A stretch of DNA of 64,000 bases from IMG/VR virus record IMGVR_UViG_3300001472_000003, positions 85,501-149,500 of that record, one strand, 5' to 3'. Under the pieces are notes generated by a model. The model saw only the letters and a program-made list of their open reading frames with translations, had not been told where the DNA came from and did no database searches. Positions 1-9,643 of the stretch are shown piece after piece. This DNA is from a virus. The stretch's first letter is position 1; each line of letters starts with the position of its first letter. A program made the position numbers and the translations under genes.

Positions 1-105
1 TTGTAAATTGCATAAGAAGAATCTTAGCCACGATGTAGGAACTCCAGTATATTGTCCCTCTCCTTGAATAGAATGAAATATTTCTGAATACAAATATTCT
101 TTCAT
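1..105 (-). CDS. queE: 7-carboxy-7-deazaguanine synthase, radical SAM (5' fragment, runs off window)
   Basis: Not in the ORF track. Manual translation from ATG 105 gives MKEYLYSEIFHSIQGEGQYTGVPTSWLRFFLCNLQ, matching the QueE signature EIFxSIQGEG..G.P...R...CNLxC. TAATG overlap with the upstream def stop. Confidence 0.85.
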   Translation of the reverse strand, partial: MKEYLYSEIFHSIQGEGQYTGVPTSWLRFFLCNLQ

Positions 106-644
106 TATGTCATCTCCTTCATTGAATTTATTTGATTTTCCCTAATAATATCTATTATACTATAATTTTTATTTTTAGTCCACCTTTTTATTGCGGCTTC
201 TTTATGGAATCTATTAGCTCTTTTAAAAAAAGTTATACCTTCAATAAGATCATGTTGTTGCTGAAATACTCTAGCACTCATACCTGTAAATTTTTCTACA
301 TTAAAATTACCTGCAGGATCTTGAAATCTGACACGTATGTGTTTTGGTCTTTTAATTTTCATTATTATACCTGGATGGGATAAACATGTCTCATCCAACA
401 CAATTAATTCATCTGATGATGATGTGATGATAGGATTAAAACATACAAATTTAGGATCTGTATTAAGAACAAATACTTTATATGGCAATCCTATTTGATT
501 AGCAGATACACCATTACCTTCAAAATGTATAAGATTTTTAACTAACATATTGGCTAATTCTTTTGGATCTATTTGAGGCTCTTTAAAATTAAAAATATTA
601 GTAGGATGACTTAGTAATTCATTATATTTAGCTAATTTTATCAT
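105..644 (-). CDS. def: Peptide deformylase homologue with degenerate active-site motifs
   Basis: GNGVSANQIG, NP.I, ETCLSHPG, RP..I.V.FQD..G and ARVFQ fit the PDF fold; HExxH is replaced by QQHDL. Confidence 0.85.
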   Translation of the reverse strand: MIKLAKYNELLSHPTNIFNFKEPQIDPKELANMLVKNLIHFEGNGVSANQIGLPYKVFVLNTDPKFVCFNPIITSSSDELIVLDETCLSHPGIIMKIKRPKHIRVRFQDPAGNFNVEKFTGMSARVFQQQHDLIEGITFFKRANRFHKEAAIKRWTKNKNYSIIDIIRENQINSMKEMT

Positions 645-2356
645 GCCGCAATCCTCGAGAAATTTTTAATTTTTTCAAATTTAATAACATTATGAAATTT
701 ATCAAATAATGCATCACCTTTATGGCTTATAATAAATAGGTTTGTATCAGCAGTTAAATCATTTATTATTTTAAGAAATTCTTCAGTGCCACTATTGTCT
801 AAAGATGAATCGAACACTTCATCCATCAATAATAAATTGGTACTTATACTATTTTTTATCTTAGCAATAGCTCTCCATGTAAATAATAATGCTAGGTCTA
901 TCCTCATCTTTTCACCTTCTGAAAACGAATCATAAGAAAAATCATCTCTATATCTAGATCGAATTTTTTCATTAAAATTTTCATCGAGCTCAAATTTAAC
1001 AAAGAAATCCATTGCTGCTAAATACTTGTTAACAAGTTTATTAATAATAGGAACATATTGTTTAATAATTCTAGACTTAATGCCAGAGTCTCTTAATATT
1101 TTAGATGCAGAATCAAGTAATATTTTTTTATCTATAAGATTATTTTTTTCTGTTCTTAAAAGTCCTAATTCTTTTTTTAATTCTTTAAGTGTTTTTTCCG
1201 CTGTATTATCTTCTTTAAGTTTACTTTTAATTGTATTATTGTCATTTTGAAATTCTTCGATTAGTCTATTACACGCATTTATAGTAGATTGTATATTACT
1301 ATACTCTCGTTGTTTATTATCTACTTGTTTAATAACATCTAACATTTCATTCATTGTTTTGTTAGTATTATTGGTTTCATCTTTTAATAGAGTTAAACCA
1401 TTCTTTGATTCATCTAATTTTTCTTGTTTAGATAATACATGAGAGCATTTAAATTCTTCATCTATATCTTGGTGACAAGTTGGACAATTTTCATGATTAT
1501 CAAAGAACGAAATTTCTTTTTCTAAATTGATAATATTTTGTTCTATTTTTGTTTCTATTTTTGTTAGTTGATTTATTTTTGCTTCAATTTTAGTTTTATC
1601 TTTTATTTGTTCTTGTAATATATCGATAGATTCCATAATATTTTTTTGTTCTATATTATATAAAGATATATTATTAGTATTCTCTTTAATCTTAATATTA
1701 TTAGATTCAAGACGTTCATTATTATTATCCGATAATGATTTGATATGATTCTCTTGCAATGCAATTTTATCTTCAGATGAATTTATTTTATAATCATTCT
1801 CTAATGTGTCATCACGATGTTGTTGGCTTTTTGATTTTAATAAAATATTCATAGTAGAAAATACTTGCAAGTCTAAAAGGTCTTCTATTACCTCTCTTCT
1901 ATTAGAAGATGATAGTTGCATAAATGGTGTAAATGATGCACTACCTAATACTACAATTTGTGAAAAAGATTTATGATTTAATTTTAATATTTGATTGGTT
2001 AATAAATCTTGATAGTCTCTAATAGCTGCATCTTGATTTATCATTTTACCATTTTGATATACTTCAAATATTGTAGGTTTAATTCCTCTTTTAATTATAT
2101 AATTATGTTTACCTACTGCAAATTCAACCACTACTAAAGCATCCCGCCCATTTATAGTATTAACTAATTGTGCTTTGGTTATTTTTCTAAAAGCTCTACC
2201 ATATAATGCTAAAGACAGAGCATCTAATAATGTAGACTTTCCTGCGCCATTCTCACCTACTATTAGTGTAGATTTAGATTTAATCAAATTAACTTCAGTC
2301 CACGTATCCCCAGTAGATAAGAAATTTTTCCATTTTATATATTTAAATTTTATCAT
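641..2356 (-). CDS. gp46: Recombination endonuclease subunit (Rad50/SbcC-like)
   Basis: Walker A GENGAGKST, CPTC zinc hook, FSEGEK signature, LLLMDE Walker B, ISH motif. Confidence 0.97.
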   Translation of the reverse strand: MIKFKYIKWKNFLSTGDTWTEVNLIKSKSTLIVGENGAGKSTLLDALSLALYGRAFRKITKAQLVNTINGRDALVVVEFAVGKHNYIIKRGIKPTIFEVYQNGKMINQDAAIRDYQDLLTNQILKLNHKSFSQIVVLGSASFTPFMQLSSSNRREVIEDLLDLQVFSTMNILLKSKSQQHRDDTLENDYKINSSEDKIALQENHIKSLSDNNNERLESNNIKIKENTNNISLYNIEQKNIMESIDILQEQIKDKTKIEAKINQLTKIETKIEQNIINLEKEISFFDNHENCPTCHQDIDEEFKCSHVLSKQEKLDESKNGLTLLKDETNNTNKTMNEMLDVIKQVDNKQREYSNIQSTINACNRLIEEFQNDNNTIKSKLKEDNTAEKTLKELKKELGLLRTEKNNLIDKKILLDSASKILRDSGIKSRIIKQYVPIINKLVNKYLAAMDFFVKFELDENFNEKIRSRYRDDFSYDSFSEGEKMRIDLALLFTWRAIAKIKNSISTNLLLMDEVFDSSLDNSGTEEFLKIINDLTADTNLFIISHKGDALFDKFHNVIKFEKIKNFSRIAA

Positions 2357-3417
2357 ATTGTATTAAGTGCTTCCGTATATAATTCTCTCATTAATTTTGA
2401 TAATGCTATTTTATCTGTCTCATCATTAGTAATTGATTCGACATACTTGTCTAATATAGTTAATGTGTCTTCTGCTTCATCTATAAGACTATTATCATCT
2501 TCCATATCAAGATTTAAATGGTCTTCTACAACCTGTAGATGTGCTGGGTTTGACTTTTCTATTTGTTCTACATACATATCAAACCAATATGGATTTGATT
2601 TTTCTTTTACAATAAGCTTAATGAAACAATCATTTAAATGGCTGAAATCTTCAGTTACTGAAGAGGTTGGATCAATATCACTATCACTATACCATATTTT
2701 ATGATATATTCTATGTGTATTTTCAATAAATGTTAATTCACGTGTATCTGTATCAAATATATGAAATCCTCTTTTATCATTCCAATCAGACCACGTCATT
2801 TCATATGGTGCACCTAGATATGATATATTGCCTTTAGTCGATTTATGATGGTAATGTCCTGTATATACAATATCAAATTTTTTAAAAATATCTGCTTCAT
2901 ATCCATGATCACTAACTGATCCTTTAAACCATTCAAATCCAATAAGTTCTAAATGACCCATAAGTACTTGTGCTTTTGTATTGTTTATATGGTCAAAGCA
3001 TAATTGCTGATTGTCTGTTGCTATCCATGGCATTAAACAAATATCTAATCCATCAATATTAATATCAGTAGGATTTTTATATGATATAATATTTTTATAT
3101 CCAGACAATAATAAATCTACACTATTACAATCATTAGTATTTTTAAAATAATCATTGTGATTGCCAACTAATGAATGTAATGTAATATTATTATTTTCTA
3201 ACTTGTCGTAGAACATTTCTTTTGCAGACTGTAAAGAAAAATAATTAATATATTTTCTTCTATCAAATGAGTCGCCTAAGTCTATTACTGTATCTATATT
3301 ATATGATTTTATTGTAGGAAAAAATATATTGTCATAAAATTTTTTATAATAATTAATAAACTTTACATTATCATTTCTTACACCAAAATGTTGGTCAGTT
3401 ATTAGCGCTATCTTCAT
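2353..3417 (-). CDS. gp47: Recombination endonuclease subunit (Mre11/SbcD-like)
   Basis: TDQHFG, LGDSFD, GNHN and GHYH phosphoesterase motifs; adjacent to gp46. Confidence 0.96.
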   Translation of the reverse strand: MKIALITDQHFGVRNDNVKFINYYKKFYDNIFFPTIKSYNIDTVIDLGDSFDRRKYINYFSLQSAKEMFYDKLENNNITLHSLVGNHNDYFKNTNDCNSVDLLLSGYKNIISYKNPTDINIDGLDICLMPWIATDNQQLCFDHINNTKAQVLMGHLELIGFEWFKGSVSDHGYEADIFKKFDIVYTGHYHHKSTKGNISYLGAPYEMTWSDWNDKRGFHIFDTDTRELTFIENTHRIYHKIWYSDSDIDPTSSVTEDFSHLNDCFIKLIVKEKSNPYWFDMYVEQIEKSNPAHLQVVEDHLNLDMEDDNSLIDEAEDTLTILDKYVESITNDETDKIALSKLMRELYTEALNTI

Positions 3418-3955
3418 TTACTAAAACTCCACTGTCTTTAATTAATCTAACTCGTCTTTGTTCTTTTTTTTCTGCTTCTTTATCTTCATAATTTTTAATA
3501 AAGTCTGTCATGTATTCATTTTTCAAATCAACATAAGCAGGTTTTACCGCTTCGTCCATATGTTCAGATTGTGAGACTATTGTATTAAGTATCATACTAT
3601 TTTCTACAAACTTATGTCTAACATACATTTGTTTCTTTTCTTTTTGTATTCGTCTAAGAAATGCAAAATATATTATTTGTGTAAAATATGCAAACGGGTT
3701 TGATGATTTATCTGGGTTAAAATTATTTAAATAATTAATACAATTTTCGAGACCATCTGAAATCATTTCTTCTCTAAAGGTATAATTAATAAAATTAGGC
3801 TTCCTAGATAATCTATTTGCTATTTGATGTAGACACACTCCGACATATTCGGGTACCCTAGGAGCAGGCTTCTCAGCTTTCTCCGCTTCTAATCTTTTAT
3901 TTCGATGTTCAACAAGAACAGCAAATAATTTTTTATTATCTACATAATGTGCCAT
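3395..3955 (-). CDS. gp55: Late-transcription sigma factor
   Basis: HYVDNK, NFINYTFREEMISDG and NPFAYFTQI are hallmark motifs. Confidence 0.97.
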   Translation of the reverse strand: MAHYVDNKKLFAVLVEHRNKRLEAEKAEKPAPRVPEYVGVCLHQIANRLSRKPNFINYTFREEMISDGLENCINYLNNFNPDKSSNPFAYFTQIIYFAFLRRIQKEKKQMYVRHKFVENSMILNTIVSQSEHMDEAVKPAYVDLKNEYMTDFIKNYEDKEAEKKEQRRVRLIKDSGVLVNEDSANN

Positions 3956-3963
3956 TTTATTTC

Positions 3964-4392
3964 CTAATTTAATTTATTCTTATCTATTTTTAATAATTCA
4001 AAGAATGCTTCGAGATCATTTTTATCTGGAGATGCACTTTTTTGTTTATTATTATTATTATAACCTTTTTCTTGATTAGTGTCAACATAAATATCCGCAT
4101 CATCAAATTCTTTATTTACAACAGTGTTATATTGATCTATTATAGTATCATGTATGTTAGTATAACTATTGATAATAAATTTAGGATTTATAGTTACTGT
4201 ATCGCCTTTTTTTATTTTACCAAATGCTTGCCAAGGACCAACTAAAGCATAGACAATTCTTTGACCATTATTGTTCAGTATATATAACCACGGGTCTTCT
4301 ATGACAAGTAAATCGCCAGTATATGCTGGATTTTTAGCAATAATGTTCTCCCCATTGCTTAATTTTAAACAAATATATTTTTCATTTAACAT
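3964..4392 (-). CDS. Conserved hypothetical protein (Sm-like fold) between uvsW and gp55
   Basis: LKLSNGENIIA N-terminus; conserved position in marine T4-like phages. Confidence 0.6.
   Translation of the reverse strand: MLNEKYICLKLSNGENIIAKNPAYTGDLLVIEDPWLYILNNNGQRIVYALVGPWQAFGKIKKGDTVTINPKFIINSYTNIHDTIIDQYNTVVNKEFDDADIYVDTNQEKGYNNNNKQKSASPDKNDLEAFFELLKIDKNKLN
4057..4085 (-). promoter_or_regulatory. Consensus sigma70 promoter TTGACA-17-TATAAT upstream of gp55
   Basis: Minus strand reads TTGACA CTAATCAAGAAAAAGGT TATAAT, embedded in the 142-aa ORF about 100 nt before gp55. Confidence 0.8.
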
Positions 4393-4394
4393 TG

Positions 4395-5861
4395 TTATAC
4401 CTTTATTTTTATTGTATAAATTTTATATTCAAACTTCTCTTCATTATAGGTTTTAATTCGTTCTGCGAAGTGTTGTATAGTATAATTGTGTTTACTCTTA
4501 TGTGTTAAATCATCTGCTATATCATAAAGGGTTGCAGATGATTTTGAATCGCTTTTACGTAAACCTCTACCGATTGATTGTAGATTTCGTATTCTTGATT
4601 TAGTTGGGCTAGCAAAAACAATATTATGAAGATTCTTAATATTTATACCTGTCGAAAAGGTGCCATATGATGCAACTATTATCGCATCAGATTCTTCCTC
4701 AACTAATGCCCTTATGTCTTCTCTAATATTGGCTTTTATATCACCAGAGACATAATGTAATTGTCTTTGAAATAATGCTTTATCTATTTCATCTTTAATA
4801 TCTTTAAAAAGTATTTTACCATGTTTATCTACAAATTGAAATAGTAAAAGTGTATTACCTTTTAATGACATCACAAGATTTTTAATAAATGTATTTCTTG
4901 CATTAAGCCTAACAATATAATCCATTTCTTCTGCATAAGTTGATTTGGATAATAACTTTCTTATCTCAGTAGGATATTGTAATACTAAAGCTTTAATTTT
5001 AAAGTCAGCTAAATGCCCTTGACCAATTAATTCAGATGATGTAGTAACTTTTTTTACTGCACCAAATAATCCTTCTAATACAAGTTTATGAGTTTGAGTG
5101 CCATCTAGTGTTCCCGTAAATCCAAATCTATATTTACAATTTTCTAACTTTGTCATTATAGCTGTTAATGATTTTGATTTGAATAAATGAGCTTCATCGC
5201 CAACAACTACATCGAAATCTCTAAACCATGCTTTAGGTTGTTTAAATATTGATTGCCATGTTGTTATAACAATAGGTGTATTAATACTTTCTTTCCATTC
5301 TTTAGATTCTGTTCCTGTAATTACTGTGCATTCACCTTCATAACCATATTCTTTAAAATCAGTTTTCATTTGATATACTAAGGATGTTGTGGGAACTATA
5401 ATTAGTTTAATACCATCATAATATTGTGTTAACAGATATATTATTAATGATTTACCGGATGCTGTGGGTGATAGTAATAATGATCTATTAAATCTAATAG
5501 CATGCATAAAAGCTTTTATTTGATAATCTCTTGGCATATATTTTAAATTTAATGATTGTATAAAGGTGCTAGCATCACTTTCTGAGAAGGTATTGCCACC
5601 CAACATATCATCAAGTTCTACCGCATAATCTCTTTCTTTAGCAAATGTATATATGTAATACTGTAGACCTGCGTATATTAATTGTGTGGCTGGGTTATAT
5701 AATCTTATTTTTCCATCCCACATTTTATTACGGACTGATGGTATAAATTGTGCACCGGGAATTGTAAATGTAAAATATTCACTTAATTCATATCCAAGAC
5801 TTGGTTCTACGTCTAACTTAATAAAAACTTCATTATAATAATTTATTTTAATATCTATCAT
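4395..5861 (-). CDS. uvsW: RNA-DNA/DNA-DNA helicase
   Basis: WDGKIRL, SPTASGKS, DEAH and QSIGRGLR SF2 motifs. Confidence 0.96.
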   Translation of the reverse strand: MIDIKINYYNEVFIKLDVEPSLGYELSEYFTFTIPGAQFIPSVRNKMWDGKIRLYNPATQLIYAGLQYYIYTFAKERDYAVELDDMLGGNTFSESDASTFIQSLNLKYMPRDYQIKAFMHAIRFNRSLLLSPTASGKSLIIYLLTQYYDGIKLIIVPTTSLVYQMKTDFKEYGYEGECTVITGTESKEWKESINTPIVITTWQSIFKQPKAWFRDFDVVVGDEAHLFKSKSLTAIMTKLENCKYRFGFTGTLDGTQTHKLVLEGLFGAVKKVTTSSELIGQGHLADFKIKALVLQYPTEIRKLLSKSTYAEEMDYIVRLNARNTFIKNLVMSLKGNTLLLFQFVDKHGKILFKDIKDEIDKALFQRQLHYVSGDIKANIREDIRALVEEESDAIIVASYGTFSTGINIKNLHNIVFASPTKSRIRNLQSIGRGLRKSDSKSSATLYDIADDLTHKSKHNYTIQHFAERIKTYNEEKFEYKIYTIKIKV

Positions 5862-6292
5862 ATACCTACTTTAAATTTTTCCCAATCAATTGCAGACTTA
5901 ATATTAAATCCTCTATTAACAAGAGACTTAATAACATTCTCTAAAAAATCTACTTTCTCTTTAGCTAAAGCAGTTTTCATATTGTGTTCTATTATTTGAT
6001 TGTCAGAATCAATATATAGTGAGAGATCTTGTTTTATTATTTTAAGTGGATTAGGTTCCCATCCAAGTTCATTCAATTCAGTATGATCCATATGGCCTTG
6101 AAAATAATCCCATTTTTGTTTATATAATCTTTTATAATCTATTTCTAATTTTCTTAATTTTAATCTTTCATAAGAAAACATTTTATAATATTTAGAATGT
6201 AGCTGTGGTATTTTTAATGATTCTTCACCTAACTCAGTTCTATCGATGTTAGAATCATTTGACCAAGCTTCCATTATCTCTTCCATTGTCAT
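5858..6292 (-). CDS. uvsY: Recombination mediator
   Basis: ESLKIPQLHSKY and RGFNIKSAIDWEKF motifs; adjacent to uvsW. Confidence 0.93.
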   Translation of the reverse strand: MTMEEIMEAWSNDSNIDRTELGEESLKIPQLHSKYYKMFSYERLKLRKLEIDYKRLYKQKWDYFQGHMDHTELNELGWEPNPLKIIKQDLSLYIDSDNQIIEHNMKTALAKEKVDFLENVIKSLVNRGFNIKSAIDWEKFKVGI

Positions 6293-6326
6293 AGAGGCTC
6301 CATTACGAAATTATACTTTTTAATTT

Positions 6327-6355
6327 ATAATAACATATTATGAGGTAAATGTCAC
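6327..6355 (-). promoter_or_regulatory. sigma70-like promoter for uvsY-uvsW (GTGACA-17-TATTAT, extended -10 TG)
   Basis: Minus strand GTGACA TTTACCTCATAATATGT TATTAT at the late-to-replication gene boundary. Confidence 0.55.
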
Positions 6356-6879
6356 GTTATTTTTTTGATTTCGAAAAGATTATATCTAAAAGATGCGGTT
6401 GCTTCAACATATGGAATATCTTGTGCTCTATTGTCAAATTGCAAGTCTCCTATACTGACTGGATATAATTGAGAGAATACAGCTGCTATATTTGAATTAT
6501 TATGGCTAGTCATAATTGTTAAAGTACCATCTGCATATATTCCTTCTCCGGTACCATCTGCAGATTTTTGAATAGCTTTATATTGATCAAAGTTTTCAGG
6601 ATATCCTACAGCAACTATCCAATTATATAACTCAAGATAATTTGTCATATCTTCGTCAACCATAAAGGTTATCATCAACTCTCCGAATGTTATATGGTCA
6701 CCTGGAATTGGTATTTTAAGAAATGGTGTATCTTGTCCTTGTGTTTCTCCTAATGACACACTAGGCAAATTAACAGATTGACACATAAATGAAGTATATG
6801 GCAATTTTTTAATATCCAATCTATATTTTAAACTGGAAAGAAAATTTTTATTTGGTGGTGAGGAGGTTAACACACTCAT
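6352..6879 (-). CDS. gp3: Tail completion / tube terminator protein
   Basis: NFLS, QSVNLPSVSLG, PGD and FMVDEDMTNYLELYNW motifs. Confidence 0.92.
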   Translation of the reverse strand: MSVLTSSPPNKNFLSSLKYRLDIKKLPYTSFMCQSVNLPSVSLGETQGQDTPFLKIPIPGDHITFGELMITFMVDEDMTNYLELYNWIVAVGYPENFDQYKAIQKSADGTGEGIYADGTLTIMTSHNNSNIAAVFSQLYPVSIGDLQFDNRAQDIPYVEATASFRYNLFEIKKIT

Positions 6880-7124
6880 TATTGCAATTCCTTTATTTTA
6901 TTATACAATTTTAAAGCATTCTCTTCATTTATACACTTTATCGAAATACTTGAAATACTTTCATGTGAGAAATTCTTTACTAATTGTAATTCTAAATTAG
7001 ATTTATATTTTTCTAGATAATTATTACAATTCTCATTATTTGTGAATGTTAAACCCCCATGTATTTTTATATCGGGCGATGGTTTATTTGTATAAATTAC
7101 TAGTGCTAATAAAAACCATTTCAT
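6879..7124 (-). CDS. Small hypothetical protein with hydrophobic N-terminus and two Cys
   Basis: MKWFLLALVIY...ENC...KC; AAGGA SD and its own late promoter; TAATG-coupled to gp3. Confidence 0.65.
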   Translation of the reverse strand: MKWFLLALVIYTNKPSPDIKIHGGLTFTNNENCNNYLEKYKSNLELQLVKNFSHESISSISIKCINEENALKLYNKIKELQ

Positions 7125-7153
7125 ATTATAATTTCCTTGTATTTTTATACATA

Positions 7154-7161
7154 TATTTATG
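7154..7161 (-). promoter_or_regulatory. Late promoter CATAAATA
   Basis: NATAAATA directly after the gp23 terminator. Confidence 0.65.
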
Positions 7162-7164
7162 CAT

Positions 7165-7190
7165 AAAAAAAGGTGGCCAAAGCCACCCTT
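7165..7190 (-). terminator. Intrinsic terminator after gp23
   Basis: GGTGGC-TTTG-GCCACC followed by T7 on the minus strand. Confidence 0.88.
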
Positions 7191-7210
7191 ATTTATTCTG
7201 TAATCAGAAA

Positions 7211-8524
7211 TTACATGATATTTGATACCATAACTCTTCTGTAATATACGTTAGAGTCTTTAGTCAATGCACCATTACCGGCAGAGGCACCATCAGCAAA
7301 AGGATTAGCTACAACACCATAACGTGTTTTAAAGCCTATCTTAGGTTGAAATGTGTTCTCTCCAACTGCACGAACCATTTGCAATGGAACGTATGGGCAA
7401 TAGAATAAACCAGCATCAAATGCACTAGAACCTTTATATCCTAATGTATAATAGTTACCTGTTGTATACGGATCAATGTATACTCTATATCTACCATTAA
7501 GAACTCCAGCAAATGTATTTCCTGTGTCATCTATGTCTAAGTTGTTGCTATTTAAAGCAGGTGTGTAATCTAAAACACCAGCCATTTGTAATGCAGAAGC
7601 TACATCAGAAGAACAAATTAATACGTTTCCTTTGCCTCTTCTTGTATCTTTAGCAATCTGGTTAGCATCTCTTTCAATATTGAACATTAGTCCTTTGAAT
7701 TTTTCAACTGACCATCTACCATTTGAATCAGTATCAAGATCAAAAGTACCAGCAGTTGTTGTATCTGTCTGTGCACCCTGCTTAGCAGTAATGTTGATAG
7801 TTCTAATGATTTCTCTATTGATTTCAGCTAAGATTTCTGTAGAAAGAATATTTGATAATTCTGTCTCAGCATCTAAACCATGGATAGCTTTTAAGTCTTG
7901 AGCTAATTCCATTGTATACTCAGCTTTAAGAGCTCTTGAACCTGCTGTTACGGATACCTTCTCAATTGAAAAAGCCATTTCAGCAAATGCAGCGTTTCCA
8001 GATGAACCTAATGCTTCAGCTTGTGCTGTAGGCATTGCATCTGCGAAGTTGTATAAACCAGCTTCTGCGTTATTAGCAGTTGCAGGTGCACTTCCAACAT
8101 TTTTATCACCAAGTGTATTAGCACCTGCGGATACAGTTGAGAATGCTGAATCTGATTCATTATAGAAAACTTCATTACCTGACTGATTAGTTTGTCTTGA
8201 ACGCATTGCAAAGATTAATCCTGTTGGACCAGTCATTGGCTGTACGCCACATAAATCATATGCTACTAGGTTTGGCATAGCTCTTCTTACTAAGCTAATT
8301 AAAACTGGATCATATGTATCAATGCCAGAACCACCTACGCCAGCGTTGGCAGGTGTTTCATTTAAAAGTGATTGTGATGAAAAAGCAGACCCTTCCTTAA
8401 GAGCTACTTCAGTGTTCTCAAGTAGTTGAGCTGTAACAGACCTTTTATGGGCATCTTTGATCTCAGGTAGATCGGTATGCTCAATTATTGGCTGCCACTT
8501 TTTTGATAGTGTTTCTGTTAACAT
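7211..8524 (-). CDS. gp23: Major capsid protein
   Basis: DPVLISLVRRAMPNL, GVQPMTGPTGLIFAMR, SRALKAEYT.ELAQDLKAIHGLDAE, FQPKIGFKTRYG. Confidence 0.99.
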   Translation of the reverse strand: MLTETLSKKWQPIIEHTDLPEIKDAHKRSVTAQLLENTEVALKEGSAFSSQSLLNETPANAGVGGSGIDTYDPVLISLVRRAMPNLVAYDLCGVQPMTGPTGLIFAMRSRQTNQSGNEVFYNESDSAFSTVSAGANTLGDKNVGSAPATANNAEAGLYNFADAMPTAQAEALGSSGNAAFAEMAFSIEKVSVTAGSRALKAEYTMELAQDLKAIHGLDAETELSNILSTEILAEINREIIRTINITAKQGAQTDTTTAGTFDLDTDSNGRWSVEKFKGLMFNIERDANQIAKDTRRGKGNVLICSSDVASALQMAGVLDYTPALNSNNLDIDDTGNTFAGVLNGRYRVYIDPYTTGNYYTLGYKGSSAFDAGLFYCPYVPLQMVRAVGENTFQPKIGFKTRYGVVANPFADGASAGNGALTKDSNVYYRRVMVSNIM

Positions 8525-8563
8525 TTGTCTCTCCCTTAATTAACAGTTAAGTTTAACCGAAAT

Positions 8564-8571
8564 TATTTATC
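8564..8571 (-). promoter_or_regulatory. Late promoter GATAAATA for gp23
   Basis: NATAAATA overlapping the gp22 stop, 40 nt upstream of gp23. Confidence 0.7.
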
Positions 8572-9598
8572 TTTTTACGGTTCTTGTAATGGCGGCGGCA
8601 TAATGTGACATTGTAGGATCACTAGATACCTTCACTGTCTCTTCTTCCAATTCGATAGGCTCTTCGTCTACTGACTCAGTGACCAATTGCTTTTCACCAA
8701 AATAATTTTCTTTAATAATAGATACTTTTTTAGAAAAAGTCTCAACATCATCAGCTTCAATTCCTTCGACTAATGATTGTAACTTTTCTTTTTGTGTATC
8801 AACTAAACCGTCTGCTGCTTCAATAACAATATCTTTTTTCTGATATGATTCAACAGTCTGTTGTAAAGAAATTTTATCTTCAATTTCTTTATTAAGTTTA
8901 GATTCTGTTTCTTCTAAAGTAGTAGCTAATTCTGCAGCTATATCTAACTTTTCATCAGAAACCTCAATATGGTTTTCAACGAAAAGTCTCTTTAAACCAG
9001 ACATTAGACTTTCAGCTATTTCTACTTTAAAATTAGATTCTATTGCTACTTCATTTTGATTGACCCATTCTTCAGTAACATAGTTGAGATAATGATCTAC
9101 TCTTGTAGCTGTATCTTCTTCTATTTCCTTTTTCATTTCATCAATCTTTGATTCGAATTCTTCTTCTACTCTAGCTGTTTCTGCAATTACTTTTGCATTA
9201 ACTGCTGCAGCGAAAATGGTTTCAGCTTTATCTCTAAAATCTTCAGATAACTCTGTACCAAAAATGTCATCAATATCTTCTTTGTATGATACTGATTTTG
9301 CATCTCCTTTAGTTTTAATAGAACCTGCATTTTTACCCATCATAGCATCATATGCAGTCTTAAGAACAGTTTTGTTCATTTTGTTTAGATGCGACATTGC
9401 TGATGCTAGCATTTGTGATTTTGTTTGTCCAGGTGTCTTATCATCGATTTTAGGCGTAGATTTATCACCAGCAGACTTATCAGCTTTTCTTGAATTGTTT
9501 TTTGTTGCAGTAGGCTCAGGCACTTCTGAAGGCTCACCAGTGGCCTTGAACTCGTCGAGCTGCTCGTCCTCTACAATTTGCTCTTTTTCCTCAGACAT
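8567..9598 (-). CDS. gp22: Prohead core scaffold protein
   Basis: LSEDFRDKAETIF.AAV and VDHYLNYVTEEW motifs; acidic coiled coil; synteny. Confidence 0.93.
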   Translation of the reverse strand: MSEEKEQIVEDEQLDEFKATGEPSEVPEPTATKNNSRKADKSAGDKSTPKIDDKTPGQTKSQMLASAMSHLNKMNKTVLKTAYDAMMGKNAGSIKTKGDAKSVSYKEDIDDIFGTELSEDFRDKAETIFAAAVNAKVIAETARVEEEFESKIDEMKKEIEEDTATRVDHYLNYVTEEWVNQNEVAIESNFKVEIAESLMSGLKRLFVENHIEVSDEKLDIAAELATTLEETESKLNKEIEDKISLQQTVESYQKKDIVIEAADGLVDTQKEKLQSLVEGIEADDVETFSKKVSIIKENYFGEKQLVTESVDEEPIELEEETVKVSSDPTMSHYAAAITRTVKR

Positions 9599-9632
9599 TT
9601 AAAGACTCCCTTTTAAAGTAAATATCTCATAG

Positions 9633-9640
9633 TATTTATA
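9633..9640 (-). promoter_or_regulatory. Late promoter TATAAATA for gp22
   Basis: Exact T4 late consensus in the intergenic gap. Confidence 0.8.
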
Positions 9641-9643
9641 CAT

